The position numbers were made by a program, and so were the translations under genes. The notes beneath the pieces are model-generated. The model was not told the origin of the DNA. It saw only the letters and a program-made list of their open reading frames with translations, and did not search any database. From Bugula neritina (taxonomy: Eukaryota; Animalia; Bryozoa), in contig OZ037767.1 of the NCBI GenBank assembly GCA_964035545.1, positions 12,162,581-12,226,580 of the forward strand: DNA of 64,000 nt. The letters run 5' to 3'. Below are positions 45,401 to 56,709 of this stretch, one piece after another; the first letter of the stretch is position 1; each line of letters begins with the position of its first letter.

Positions 45401-48400
45401 GAAATCATACTGTAGACTCGTAGAGATATTATAACCCCTCTCTGCTTACCAAGGAGGTGTCTCACAGCTTCCAAGTGCCCTTTGTATGCTGCCTTTCGAA
45501 CAGGGGTGCTGCCTGTGATATCTTGTATGTTGACACTGGCTCCATTTGCTAGCAGTTGCTTCACCAACTCTACTTTATTATGCCATGCCGCATTGTGCAG
45601 TGGGGTATACCCCTCTATGTCCTGTATGTTTGGATCCGCTCCTTGCTTCAACAGCATTGCCACCACATTAGCTGTGCCTGTCCAAATAATGTTGATAGTA
45701 AGATACTAATAGAGCTAAACTGACTCACTTGATTTACCTTCTTCTCATTTTCAGCTGTATAAATGTTTTTATCTGGCAGTGTAGATTACATGAAACTACT
45801 AATAATAAAATTAATGCTTACTTCATTTTAACTGTGACCACAGCAAAAATTTTATAACTTTTTTTAACATTTGAACACACACACATAGTATATGTAAGAT
45901 AATTGTAAGATATTTTTAGTATAAACTATACATGACATGTAGTATTACATATTATATAAGGTTCTTTCAATGTGGTGTTTTAAGGTAACAGTTATACATT
46001 TACTGGCAGTTGTTGCTCATTCTTAGGATGAAATCAACTGGTTTAATAATACATACAGCACCTTTATAGATCTGTAGCTTCACTGGTCAGTGACAGGTAT
46101 CAGTTATTCTGAATAGCATGTCTGTTGCACTGTATGCATGTATTATTAGTATTGAGTGTGTAATCAACGTGTCACCTTCATAAAGTAGGTGTTAACACTT
46201 GCACAAATACAACATGCATAGGTCAACATCCACCGTATCATGTGAAGGTACTACAGGCCAAACCCTAGAAACTGTGCAAGTCTAAATACTGTAATATCTT
46301 CTCATGTTACGGTAAAAATGGCGCAGATAAAAATGGCGCAGATAAAAATGGCGCAGATGGAAAAGTAGGTAAAAATGGCACATTTTAAAAATTGGGTTTT
46401 GGGGGTAAATGTTTAAATTTAGGGGTTTGAGGGGTTGGCGTGGGTTTTTTGAGTTGGGCAAATTTAACATCAGTGCCATTTTTACCTATTTTTCCATTTG
46501 TGCCAATTTTACCTAAAATCCATGGTAGATATTACCAAGTATAGGAGTTGTTCTTTATTTACCTGTAACCGTTGCAATATATAGAGGGGTACTTCCTGTG
46601 CGGAATTTGGACACATATTCGTAAGCTTCAATGTAGAGCTCCAGTTCATTACTTGTTCTCCTATTCTGATCAAATCCATATCTGAGAAGGAGCTCTACCA
46701 CTACTGAGTTACTCCTGTAATACCAGATACGTGCATTATGTACAGTATTATATTACATGGGTGCTCTACTATAAACAAATAATTATAAATACACAAACCA
46801 GCACTATGAACGGTTTCAGTAAATATATTGTCTGATTAAAATCTTAGCCATAAATAACTAAAACCTTTTTTAAATATCTTAAATAATTTTACGAAGATCT
46901 TGTTTCTATGTTTCAATTTCATCAAAGTTCAGAAATTAGTTCAAGAATCAACTGTATGCACACTGTACACACTATACACACACTCTACATACACTGTACA
47001 CACTATACACACACTCTACATACACTGTACACATACTGTACACAGCTACACATATAATGTATTGACATGTCACCTGCTACATGCATAGTGTAGTAAGGTA
47101 CCCCCTCGAATATCCATGTTGAGAACTCTGGTTATACCCAAGCTCTCTGTCCGAAGGATGTGTTCCAGCTCCTGCTCGTTCTCATTGTTGACTGCATCCA
47201 GTAGTTTCAGTACCAGAGGGTCCTTCACTTCACCCTGACAAGTATATCAACAGTAGTGTACTGCATGAGATGCTAACAGAGTCAACAAAGCTAACAGATC
47301 TGGTCTATTCAGTCAGGCCAAATACAGGAAGTAGCCATCTTCTGTCTACTCCTACCAATACAATACCTACAAAACGTCAGACAGTTTATATGCCATAAAC
47401 AGTTAACATTTCTGCAAGTCTAGTGGAAAGGGTTATCATCTTCCAATTATTATACATAGAATAGTTTTGAGAATACACAGAACAGACAGAGTCCCCCTTT
47501 CCCCCCTCCCTACTTGGAATATGCTACTCATAGTTCACCTTGACATGCATAAACCAGGACACGTTGCGAGGTAAAACTTTGACTGTGTGTTGCTCACTGA
47601 TCTTACGAATTGATGTGACGAGGGTGCTGTGCCACGACTGTTTGTGCTCTGACTTCATAGTGGTGACTGGTACTCTCTAGTACTGTACAGTACTCTGTAG
47701 TTCTCTGTAGTTTTCTGCAGTACCCAGTAGTACTCAGTAGTACTCTCTAGTACTCAGTAGTACCCAGTAGTACTCTCTAGTACTCAGTAGTACTCTCTAG
47801 TACTCAGTAGTACTCAGTAGTACTCTCTAGTACTCAGTAGTACTTTGTAGTATTCGCCAGTACTCTATAGTACTTGCTAGTACTAGCATACAATGACAAT
47901 GTCTTTTATCCCGATCACAGAAGCTACTTCCACCTTGTACTACTACCTTGTACTCCCACCTTGTACTATCACCTTGTATTACTACCTTGTACTACCACCA
48001 TGTATTACCAGCACCTACTGTACTATTCTATACAACTCAGCAGTAGGAATGTGTACAAGTCAATGCCTCCTGGCTACTGATCCGTGTGCTTATGTTGACT
48101 AACTTATAATGTGTTTGCCATTCAGTAACATAAGGGGTAGTTAGAGTAATATGATTGATCACGATACATCCAAACACAGTTACACATCATATTATAGTAA
48201 CTATATTTATATAATGTAATAATGTACATTTAATTTACATCTTGGATCTAGCAATGCTAATGAACCCTATATTTACATACTGATCCCCCTGTGTATTAAA
48301 TTCAATATCCAAGGTAGATTTCCTGCTCATTGCTATGTTATATATACACAGAAAACACTGGTTTGTAGACAGAGGGTTTAATAGTAAGAGAAGTTTGTGG

Positions 48401-51400
48401 TAAACATGTCAGCAATGATGACTTGTGTCTCTGTCACCCATCAGTTAGTACATAGCCAAGACAAGCAGTGTGGTGTAATGGGTTTGTCGTTGAAGTTGTG
48501 ATTGCATTACGAGGTCTCTGATTAGAATTGATGAAATTACTACGTGAGAACATATAAGAAATTGCTACAATATCCTAGAGTCTAGACTAAGTTGTGTTCT
48601 ATAACTACTAATGCGTCTTCAGTACCTCTAATACTAAAATCTTAAGCTTAGATATCTGGAGTTTGACCAATGCTCTACTGTCTGTAATGTTAACTTTCGC
48701 TATTAGAGGATAATAGTATCCACATTCCAGCCACTTGTTTGTCTGATGAATAAAATTAACTCATTTTAAAATACCTCTTTCTTGTCACCATCTGCTTTCG
48801 GTGTCAAATTTTTCTTCTTGCTTCTTGTCCAGTCCTTGTCGCTTAAACTTTGAGAAAGTTTTGAGGAAATTCTGCGTATCATGTCTGCTGTAGATTGTGT
48901 GCTAAATCAGCAGCAGTGGCGGCAGCAGCAGCTTGCACTGCTTTTACCTTTCAACTATCTGCTCATCCACTACTATGACTAAAATAAGAGCCTATAAGGT
49001 GTTTATTGACCTTTCTCATACTCCTCTACTGCTCGTGTTCTAATGTTAATTAGACTCTTGGCTGCATAAAGTTTCAATAAAAAACAACATTTATTTTGTA
49101 TTGTCTGGTATATTGACTATTTTCTTTTAGCAGGTTAATAACATGGTTTAGTATCATCTAATCTCAGCGCCCAGTATTACAGATATGGGGGATGCCTTGT
49201 AGGTTATGCTTATACTTAGCAACGTAGTTCATATGTCAATCATATAGTGTGTAACATATGTTTAAACTAGGATGAATAAAAGTGTGTCAGTGTGATTTAG
49301 TCAAGTTTATTTACTTCAAAATGTGTTTGTATGTAGTTTATGACTTACTTTCACTTTTGGTCCTATTGTTAACTTATTCTTTGGAGCCGTACTATTACCG
49401 CCCCCAACCGACCCGGAGGACTGCGAATGAAATGCTCCTCTTTTCTTCTTTTTGTCCTTTAAATTCTTGGCGCTCTTTCTGCCAACACTTACAGAAATAT
49501 CTGAGCTGGACACATCTCTTACTGCGGCCATTTGTTCTGGAATCAAGTTTTTTTTTTATCCCAAGAGATAAAACTATGCACTTCCCTTAAATAGTTTCTT
49601 GACTGGTTTTAATTTTTATACGAAAATAATTCTTAAATGTGTTGAGAATTTTATCCACTTCAGTCTCCTATACCCAGTAGTTCTGATGATTTTAATTCAA
49701 AGAAGTATTACATATATAATACTAATTATTTATGAATATCTTGTGGAATACAACTTCTAGTAATTCTAGCAGTAACTAAGTATATATTACTCACTGTATG
49801 TACTTACTCACTGTATGTACTTACTCACTGTATGTACTTACTCACTGTATGTACTTACTAACTGTATATACTTACTCACTGTATATACTTACTTACTGTA
49901 TATACTTACTCACTGTATGTACTTACTTACTGTATATACTTACTCACTGTATGTGCTTACTCGCTGTATGTACTTACTCACTGTATGTACTTACTCACTG
50001 TATATACTTACTCACTGTATGTAGTTAGTTACTCACTATATATACTTACCCCCATCATCCTGCTTCATTGTGGAGTTGTATTTCCTCTTTGAGTATGAAA
50101 TATACTATTCTGTATGCTGACAGTTATTGTATAAAACTAGAATGACTTATAAAAAAGTAGAATTTAGGGTTGTTAGGACTTCTTGAATATTATAATGGCT
50201 GGCATGTGACGCTGTGTGAACAATTATACTCTTCCTGTAGGCTCATTGTTTGTCTTATAAATAACTATTCCATAAAACGCTGCGTAATTTATACACAATA
50301 CATAATATTATGTATTTTATAGAAGCAACAAAGCTGGGTTATTCCTGGTTACTAAACTTTAACACTGATTAATAGAATTGATTTGAAATACTTTCATTGT
50401 TTAATTATGATAAATAAATTAAGTCAAGAGCTGGTGGACAAGGGTAAACACCGAAGGGTTAAGTCTTGCCAAGGCCATGAGTGATAGTTTGAAGGGCATC
50501 ATGTCTACACTACTCTTGCACTATTTCAAAGACTCTTAAGCTGTTTTGCTAGCTTGGCTTGAGGCAGTAGCAGTCTTGCAGTCCATAATTAGGCCTCAAA
50601 AAACCCAACATTGAGTTTTTCATAGGCGGTTCAACAAACAAATCTGGTTTTTTGAAATAATTAAAATTTATATAAACAATAATATTTGTTTTAATGTCTA
50701 ATTCTCCACCAAATAAACTGACAAGATAAAGTTATTTATTGGTCGTAATGAGAAGTGCTGTGCTGTGATTTGCAAACTTAAAAACATTGTGGTTTCAGTT
50801 ATTTTGGAGTTGTGTTCTCGCATTACCTATCTAATAATAAGCTAGCACTGTGATTAACTTAAGTTAGACATGATCTTATAAGCTCACCTTCTGACTTAAG
50901 CTAGCAATGATGTTTTCTCTCCACCATCGCCTCATTTCCTTTCTTCCTCTATGTTTGTGATGGTGATGATGGTGTCTTTTGCTTCTGTGATGTCTTTGCT
51001 TGGACTTGCCAACCGCCACTTCAGCCATTGTGTTGGTTTACTGATTCGAGTGTTCAATACAAAGTCACCTGTGAATACATCACATGACATGTAAATAGGA
51101 AGTGCTGCTACAGTTTTTATGCATCATGTTTCAGGTGCGAGCTCTGTCTAACGTCATAGCTTCCTCCACCCAGCCTATACAGAACCTTCGAGTTCTCCAA
51201 CACATTGGAGATAAGCAGCAGCAGCAAGAATGGGCAAGGAAGTGGATTACTGATGGACTCACTGGTAGTTTAGCATTATATTCTAGTACCACGAAACTTT
51301 ACAGTACTCAGTCTATCTGTATCTAGTGTATCAAGTAACAGTGTAAGAGGACACAACTCTCAGGGCTATTCAATAATCACATGAAAAAACTGTAAATGTA

Positions 51401-53433
51401 ACTAATACTGAATATTAATAATTATATATTATTGTATTGAATATACTGTAAATATAACTAATACTGAATATTAATAATTATATATTATTGTATTGAATAT
51501 ACTGTAAATATAACTAATACTGAATATTAATAATTATATATTATTGTATTGAATATACTGTAAATATAACTAATACTGAATATTAATAATTATATATTAT
51601 TGTATTGAATATACTGTAAATGTAACTAATACTGAATATTAATAATTATATATTATTGTATTGAAATTAGAAAGTATTCATTTTATACTGAATTATTATG
51701 CAGGGTTTGAGAAGATGGTAGCTGATGTGGCGGGTAAACATTGCATTGGTGATACACTGACTATGGCGGATTTGTGCCTTGTGCCCCAACTTCTCAATGC
51801 TAAAAGGTACATAAGCTATGTTTTTTTTTAAAGAGCTTCCAGCCAGCAAGTAATTGTACTACAGACAGTTATACTGGAAATATTTCAGTATCCCCATGTA
51901 TTTCTATTATTGGAACACAAAGTTATACCATCCAAAAGTAAAACCATTAATATGCTTATTAAGGAAACGTGCGGTTTTGATGAACAATTTATTTAAATAA
52001 TAACCAGCAATCAAAATTGCATCTGCTAGAGTTTCTCACCATAAGGAGCCTTGGCTACTCTTATAAACTGCTAATATAATAAAACAGTTCGGAAAAAATA
52101 ATTATAATCTAGATTCTATACATGTGTGCAATGGTACCACACAGAGGGATGGTGGGTTGTTTTTAGAATGGTGCTCATTATATCTGTCTGAGAATTCTGT
52201 TAGAGGCCTTAGACAGATTGGGCAAGTGATTGCAGGTGTCTAAACCAATGACTAGCCTTGATTATAACTCAGTAGTCAGATGGCTGGTATAAGCTCAAAA
52301 TAATATAAAATTTCAGGTTATTGAAATTTACTCAGCAGGGCTGTTGAGCGTGAAACAGTACTTTAAATTTTAGCTAAAATAACTGCTGTCTTGTCATAGC
52401 AGTATAATCAGTAATTATCAACAGGCTTCATTACAATTGCCATTAATTTAACTATATTGTATATTTTTATTCTACGGTCACTGGTGATTATAATAAATTG
52501 TGAGATAACAAACTAGCATCTGCCAAGCTAAGTTGATTAGTATTGATTTTGTTACTGCTGTTTCTTTGACTAATATTCTGCACTAATAATTATTATAGTC
52601 ATTTGAACTCCCATCTGGGCATACTCTAACTATTAAACAGATTTCTGTTACAAGATATGGCATTGTATTATAAAGGCAGCCATTTTAAACTGCTCAAATC
52701 ATGGGCCATATTCTAAGATGGCTTGTAACTGTAAGCAGAGCTGACAAACAACAAACCTTGATAATATGAAATTTTAGCTTGAGTTGATAATGTTACGGAG
52801 GGCTGTTGCAATTTGCTCATTCATAATATTAAAGTTAGCAGTGAAACCTAGGGCTCTGCGCTCTAAACTCTAAAGGAATAAAATATTCAAGCACCTGCTT
52901 TATTGTAATGCACATTAAATATAAAACTGCCATTTCTGTACCTCCAAGCTCTCAATTCCATACATTATAACAGTTTTATGTAACTAGTAATATTTGTAAC
53001 AATATTTAAAAAAAATTATTGTAAATTTGACATGCAAGTCAAGAAGTTATGTTTTCTTGGGAATGCCAAACGGAAACTTATTAGAAAAATCGAAGCACTT
53101 AGGCTAGTAAAATTTTTCCGCTGCGGCACCTAAATGCCCCCTCAAATGAATATTGCCTGCTTGACTCTGTAGCAACACATCATACTTGTATTATTCTCTG
53201 ACTTATAAAATACTCACTGAGATATGACAACACTCTCTTCTCTAGTTGTTCGCTGGTTGATGAATAATGATTATTATTGAAATATCTAAGCTATTTTCAG
53301 ATTTGGAGTGGATATGACTGCCTTCCCAACTATAAACAGGATAGCTGAAAACTGTAGACAGCTGGAAGCGTTTAAAGCTGGGGACCCTCACGTCCAGCCC
53401 GACTGTCCTGAGGATTTGAGATCTGATAAATAA
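36492..53433 (+). CDS. GSTZ1: glutathione S-transferase zeta / maleylacetoacetate isomerase; 7 coding exons
   Basis: Exons 36492-36500 (MSK|gtaag), 40260-40311 (PVLFSYFRSSASWRVRI), 40859-40926 (ALALKGIDYEYKAVHLVKDGGEQ), 41151-41309 (LNPLGLVPCLIIDGHTLTDSIAIMEYLEET..LLP), 51135-51264 (VIASSTQPIQNLRVL), 51704-51806 (CIGDTLTMADLCLVPQLLNAK), 53301-53433 (FGVDMTAFPTI..QPDCPEDLRSDK*). Phases are consistent and the motifs are zeta-class. Exon 1 is the least certain. Confidence 0.95.
37700..38243 (+). mobile_element. degenerate non-LTR retrotransposon remnant (R4/Dong-like)
   Basis: Frameshifted translation gives CYF../RYRREMYEIWKE..QNLLDQVRKMKK..LSKEVLNEIK, then EWIELGRTAL and NHQPVACLPLMWKIFTS, which resembles the RT motif NYRPITCLP..WK. 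Recognisable similarity ends at the 38246 MITE. Confidence 0.65.
38246..39569 (+). mobile_element. 1.3-kb non-autonomous DNA transposon with TA TSD; copy 1
   Basis: TA|GGGGTAACGGGGGGCACAACGG ... CCGTTGTG(C)nGTTACCCC|TA; colinear with 54679-55993. Confidence 0.92.
41627..51028 (-). CDS. ankyrin-repeat protein nested antisense in GSTZ1 intron 4; 7 constant exons plus 4 candidate alternative first exons
   Basis: Constant exons: 47234-47074 (GGTLLHYAC), 46714-46563 (GSTPLYIA), 45677-45450 (GADPNIQDIEGYTPLHNAAWHN..GSTPVRKAAYKGH), 43493-43369 (GRAAVHCAALYGH), 42928-42772 (VTPLHAAVYNG..GNTALHLAC), 42028-41823 (GANFETENRFGETP), 41739-41627 (stop); all phases fit. Candidate first exons: 51028-50888, 49531-49349, 48882-48775, 47658-47539. 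Confidence 0.88.
42127..42770. repeat. 26-bp minisatellite abutting an ankyrin-gene donor
   Basis: CTACTTACTTTGTATACTTACACTAT repeated; explains the YLLTLYT ORFs. Confidence 0.95.
43610..43920. repeat. 23-bp minisatellite
   Basis: AAGTGTAATTATATTGTGACAGG repeated. Confidence 0.92.
44190..44435. repeat. 21-bp minisatellite
   Basis: TATACTCTATACTCTGCACTG repeated. Confidence 0.92.
46310..46514 (-). mobile_element. small inverted-repeat element with GGTAAAAATGGC arms; copy 2
   Basis: GGTAAAAATGGCGCAG x3 ... GTGCCATTTTTACC; reverse-orientation relative of 12301-12556. Confidence 0.65.
47670..48000. repeat. TAGTACTC-type and CCACCTTGTACTA-type short tandem repeats
   Basis: Visible arrays at 47670-47885 and 47930-48000. 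Confidence 0.85.
49787..50048. repeat. 17-bp minisatellite
   Basis: TACTCACTGTATGTACT repeated; the minus strand carries GTGAGTAAGT in each unit. Confidence 0.93.
51389..51665. repeat. 56-bp AT-rich minisatellite, 5 copies, in GSTZ1 intron 5
   Basis: ACTGTAAATATAACTAATACTGAATATTAATAATTATATATTATTGTATTGAATAT repeated. Confidence 0.95.
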
Positions 53434-53705
53434 ATTCCCATTTCTTCGTTTAAAATATACTGCTATATATTTCTTCATTTAGCATGTTTTATGATTCATT
53501 GTTGTATGTAAACTTTAGGCAGCTAATAAATTTATATCATTTGTTAATGTTAATGCTGATATTTTATGAAAATTTAGCAAATCTTATGTTAGATTAATGT
53601 TTTTCTACAATTCTCACTTTGTTGCTTAGACTTTTATATTACGAAGCTCTAAAGAATACATATTGGAAATTTCTAAAAAATGGGTTTCAAATTTAGGTTA
53701 TTAGG

Positions 53706-54326
53706 TATATACTATATACTTATATGCAAGTTAGCAGTATCTATACTATATACTTACATATAGGTTAGCTGTGTCTATACTGTATACTTGCCTGTAGGTT
53801 AGCTGTGTCTATACTATATACTTACATGTAGGTTAGCAGTATCTATACTATATACTTACATGTAGGTTAGCAGTATCTATACTATATACTTACATGTAGG
53901 TTAGCAGTATCTATACTATATACTTACATGTAGGTTAGCAGTATCTATACTATATACTTACATGTAGGTTAGCAGTATCTATACTATATACTTACATATA
54001 GGTTAGCAGTATCTATATTATATAGGCTACTTACATGTAGGTTAGCTGTGTCTATACTATATACTATATAGGCTACTTACATGTAGGTTAGCTGTGTCTA
54101 TATTATATAGGCTACTTACATGTAGGTTAGCTGTGTCTATACTATATACTATATAGGCTACTTACATGTAGGTTAGCTGTGTCTATACTATATACTATAT
54201 AGGCTACTTACATGTAGGCTAGCAGTATCTATACTATATACTTACATGTAGGTTAGCAGTATCTATACTATATACTTACATGTAGGTTAGCTGTATCTAT
54301 ACTATGTACTTACATGTAGGTTAGCT
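53706..54326. repeat. 34-bp minisatellite with length variants
   Basis: CTATACTATATACTTACATGTAGGTTAGCAGTAT repeated. Confidence 0.95.
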
Positions 54327-54678
54327 GGTAGTTGAAGAATATACCCTAGTAAATAATGCACACCTGTATGACTGGCTACAGTTTCAAGTATTCCTCCTTG
54401 TAAGATGGGAAATTGTCATCAAGCACTAAATGACTAGCAGTTATATACTATTCTCTCATCTGACAATCAATATTTTACAGCAGATAATGATGCTGATTTA
54501 CAATGTCACTTGGCCAGCAATTCTAATATCATATTCACTCTTCCCCACTTTGACATAAGAAATACTACAATATTCTTGCTACTGCCTGTACCAATGCCTT
54601 GCAACCCTCACTGTGACAAAGATAAAAAAGTTATTACAGCAGATGAGGCACAGCTGACACCTGGGGTACTATTCTGTA

Positions 54679-55993
54679 GCGGTAACGGGGGGGGGGGGGG
54701 GGGGGGGGGCACAACGGGTCGACTTTTGCACTATTTGCTCTCATTCATCTGTTTTTCAAGTTACTAGTTCAATAATCTCTAATCTTAATGCTGCATCTGT
54801 TGTCTATTACAGGTATCAGTTTGTTGTTTCTATCTCTCTCACAACTTTCAGAATCATGAAATTTTCATGACGAAAAAATCGGCCCATTGTGCCCTGGTAC
54901 CGGGGTACAATGGGCCACTGGGTGGGACACAACAAATAAATTGAAACTTTGCGGATTTTGTTGCATCTGATCTTTATTTATTTAATATTACAAATAAATA
55001 AAAATATTCTCTAGGATCTACAGCAAAATTCATGTTTTAGCTGTACAATTTGTGCCACCATGGATAGCAGAGGAAGGCAAAATCAAATGCACACCACTCG
55101 GTTCTACTGCGCCATTATCCATACTGTTTATAACTAAAAATGTTTTTTTATTTTCACTTCAGAGGAACTTTTATCAGAAAAAAACTTTAGTAACATTTAC
55201 TACAAAATTCCGAGTGGAATTTTTTCTATGAACTGTAGCTAAGGTGCATGGCTTCGGTTTGTGGCTGGAGTACGGAAGGGAGAGGGGGGGGAGCAAATGA
55301 GCAAATCACAATTTATTTTAGTCAAATACATGTATATTCCCTCAATGATATAATGTATAATGAATATCATGACTATCTACTAGTAGCAACAGCAGAGTGT
55401 TTTGTATTATGTATAAAATGGCAAAGCTTTAACCTCACCAGATGTATATATTAGGGGAGCTTCACCTTGTAGTTTTGTAGTCTTACCATGATTTCTTTGA
55501 TATTTTACAAAAAGGTCAGAAATGGCTAATATTTATAGATTTTAGTAACATTTCAACCAACTTTTTGGGCAAACAAACTAATAACAGTGATCAGGGTGCA
55601 ATAATCAGGTGGCCCATTGTGCCCCGGGTGGCCAAATTGAAAATAAATGTGCCTCAAGGAAAATTTATTTTAGAGTTGCTGTTATACTAGTTAAGCAATG
55701 TAGACACAAGCAATGGCAACAATATCAGTAAAATCTAGGCTTGTTGCCTTTGAGTGTAAAAAGTTATAAAGCTTTAACGACATCTTAAAAAATTTACAAA
55801 AAGTAGGTAAAAACAGTTTTTTACTCGCCTTTTCAACACGTATGTTCTGCAAGTGTTGAAACTACAATGGCTAAATAATTATGTCCATACCTTTTTATGA
55901 AAAAATCACAACTCTTAGCCAATAAGTTCTCTCACAATTTGGCCGGCTTTTTGTACCCCTATGACCGTTGTGCCCCCCCCACCCCGTTACCCC
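54679..55993 (+). mobile_element. 1.3-kb non-autonomous DNA transposon with TA TSD; copy 2
   Basis: TA|GCGGTAAC(G)nCACAACGG ... CCGTTGTGCCCCCCCACCCCGTTACCCC|TA; colinear with 38246-39569. Confidence 0.92.
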
Positions 55994-56709
55994 TATCCAC
56001 AGCTGACACCTGGGGTACTGTTCTGGATACACAATTAACACATGGGACTGCTTCACAGAGTACCACTAACATTTGTAAATAGTTGGTTTTTAGCAATTCC
56101 TACCAAAAAATGAAGCTGACACAATTTCACAATATTTATTGTAACATTTAACTTAGTAGAACATGTAGTCTAAAGTATATTTACTTGTAAAGTAAGACAC
56201 TGAGTGTGAGGCTGAGTATGACATTTACTATACTTCACAGACAGCATGAATGCAGCTTGATGGTAACATATGCGTTACTATAAAAACTGATGGATCAAAA
56301 TACCAACTCAAGAAAAGCATTCAGTTTATTAAAATACATTATTTTATCAAAATACATGAATAATTGATTGACAGCAGTGATAATTCACTGAGAAAGGGAG
56401 AGCAAGGCATGAGCATAATAGGAGATTGTGAAATAAGCCACATAGATAAAATAATGTACAAATGCTAATTATATTAGACGAATGTGTGAACACAGTTGTA
56501 TAACATATATAAATTGTCTAAATAACACAAAATATGATGCAAGTTATCTACAGTTATTCTATACACATCTAGAAATGCTCCAACAAAGTCTTTTATTCAC
56601 AGTACCAACACTATGATATTAAAAAATAAATTTACATATTCATAAAAATAGCAATGAAATAAATAATACATGTTGCTTCTCATTCAAACTGAGAAGTTGA
56701 GAAACTAAG

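Noticed and set aside
54649-56025. ~28-bp 'target-site duplication' around MITE copy 2
   Set aside because: Better explained as a TA insertion into a pre-existing short tandem repeat. A third degenerate unit follows, and copy 1 has only TA.
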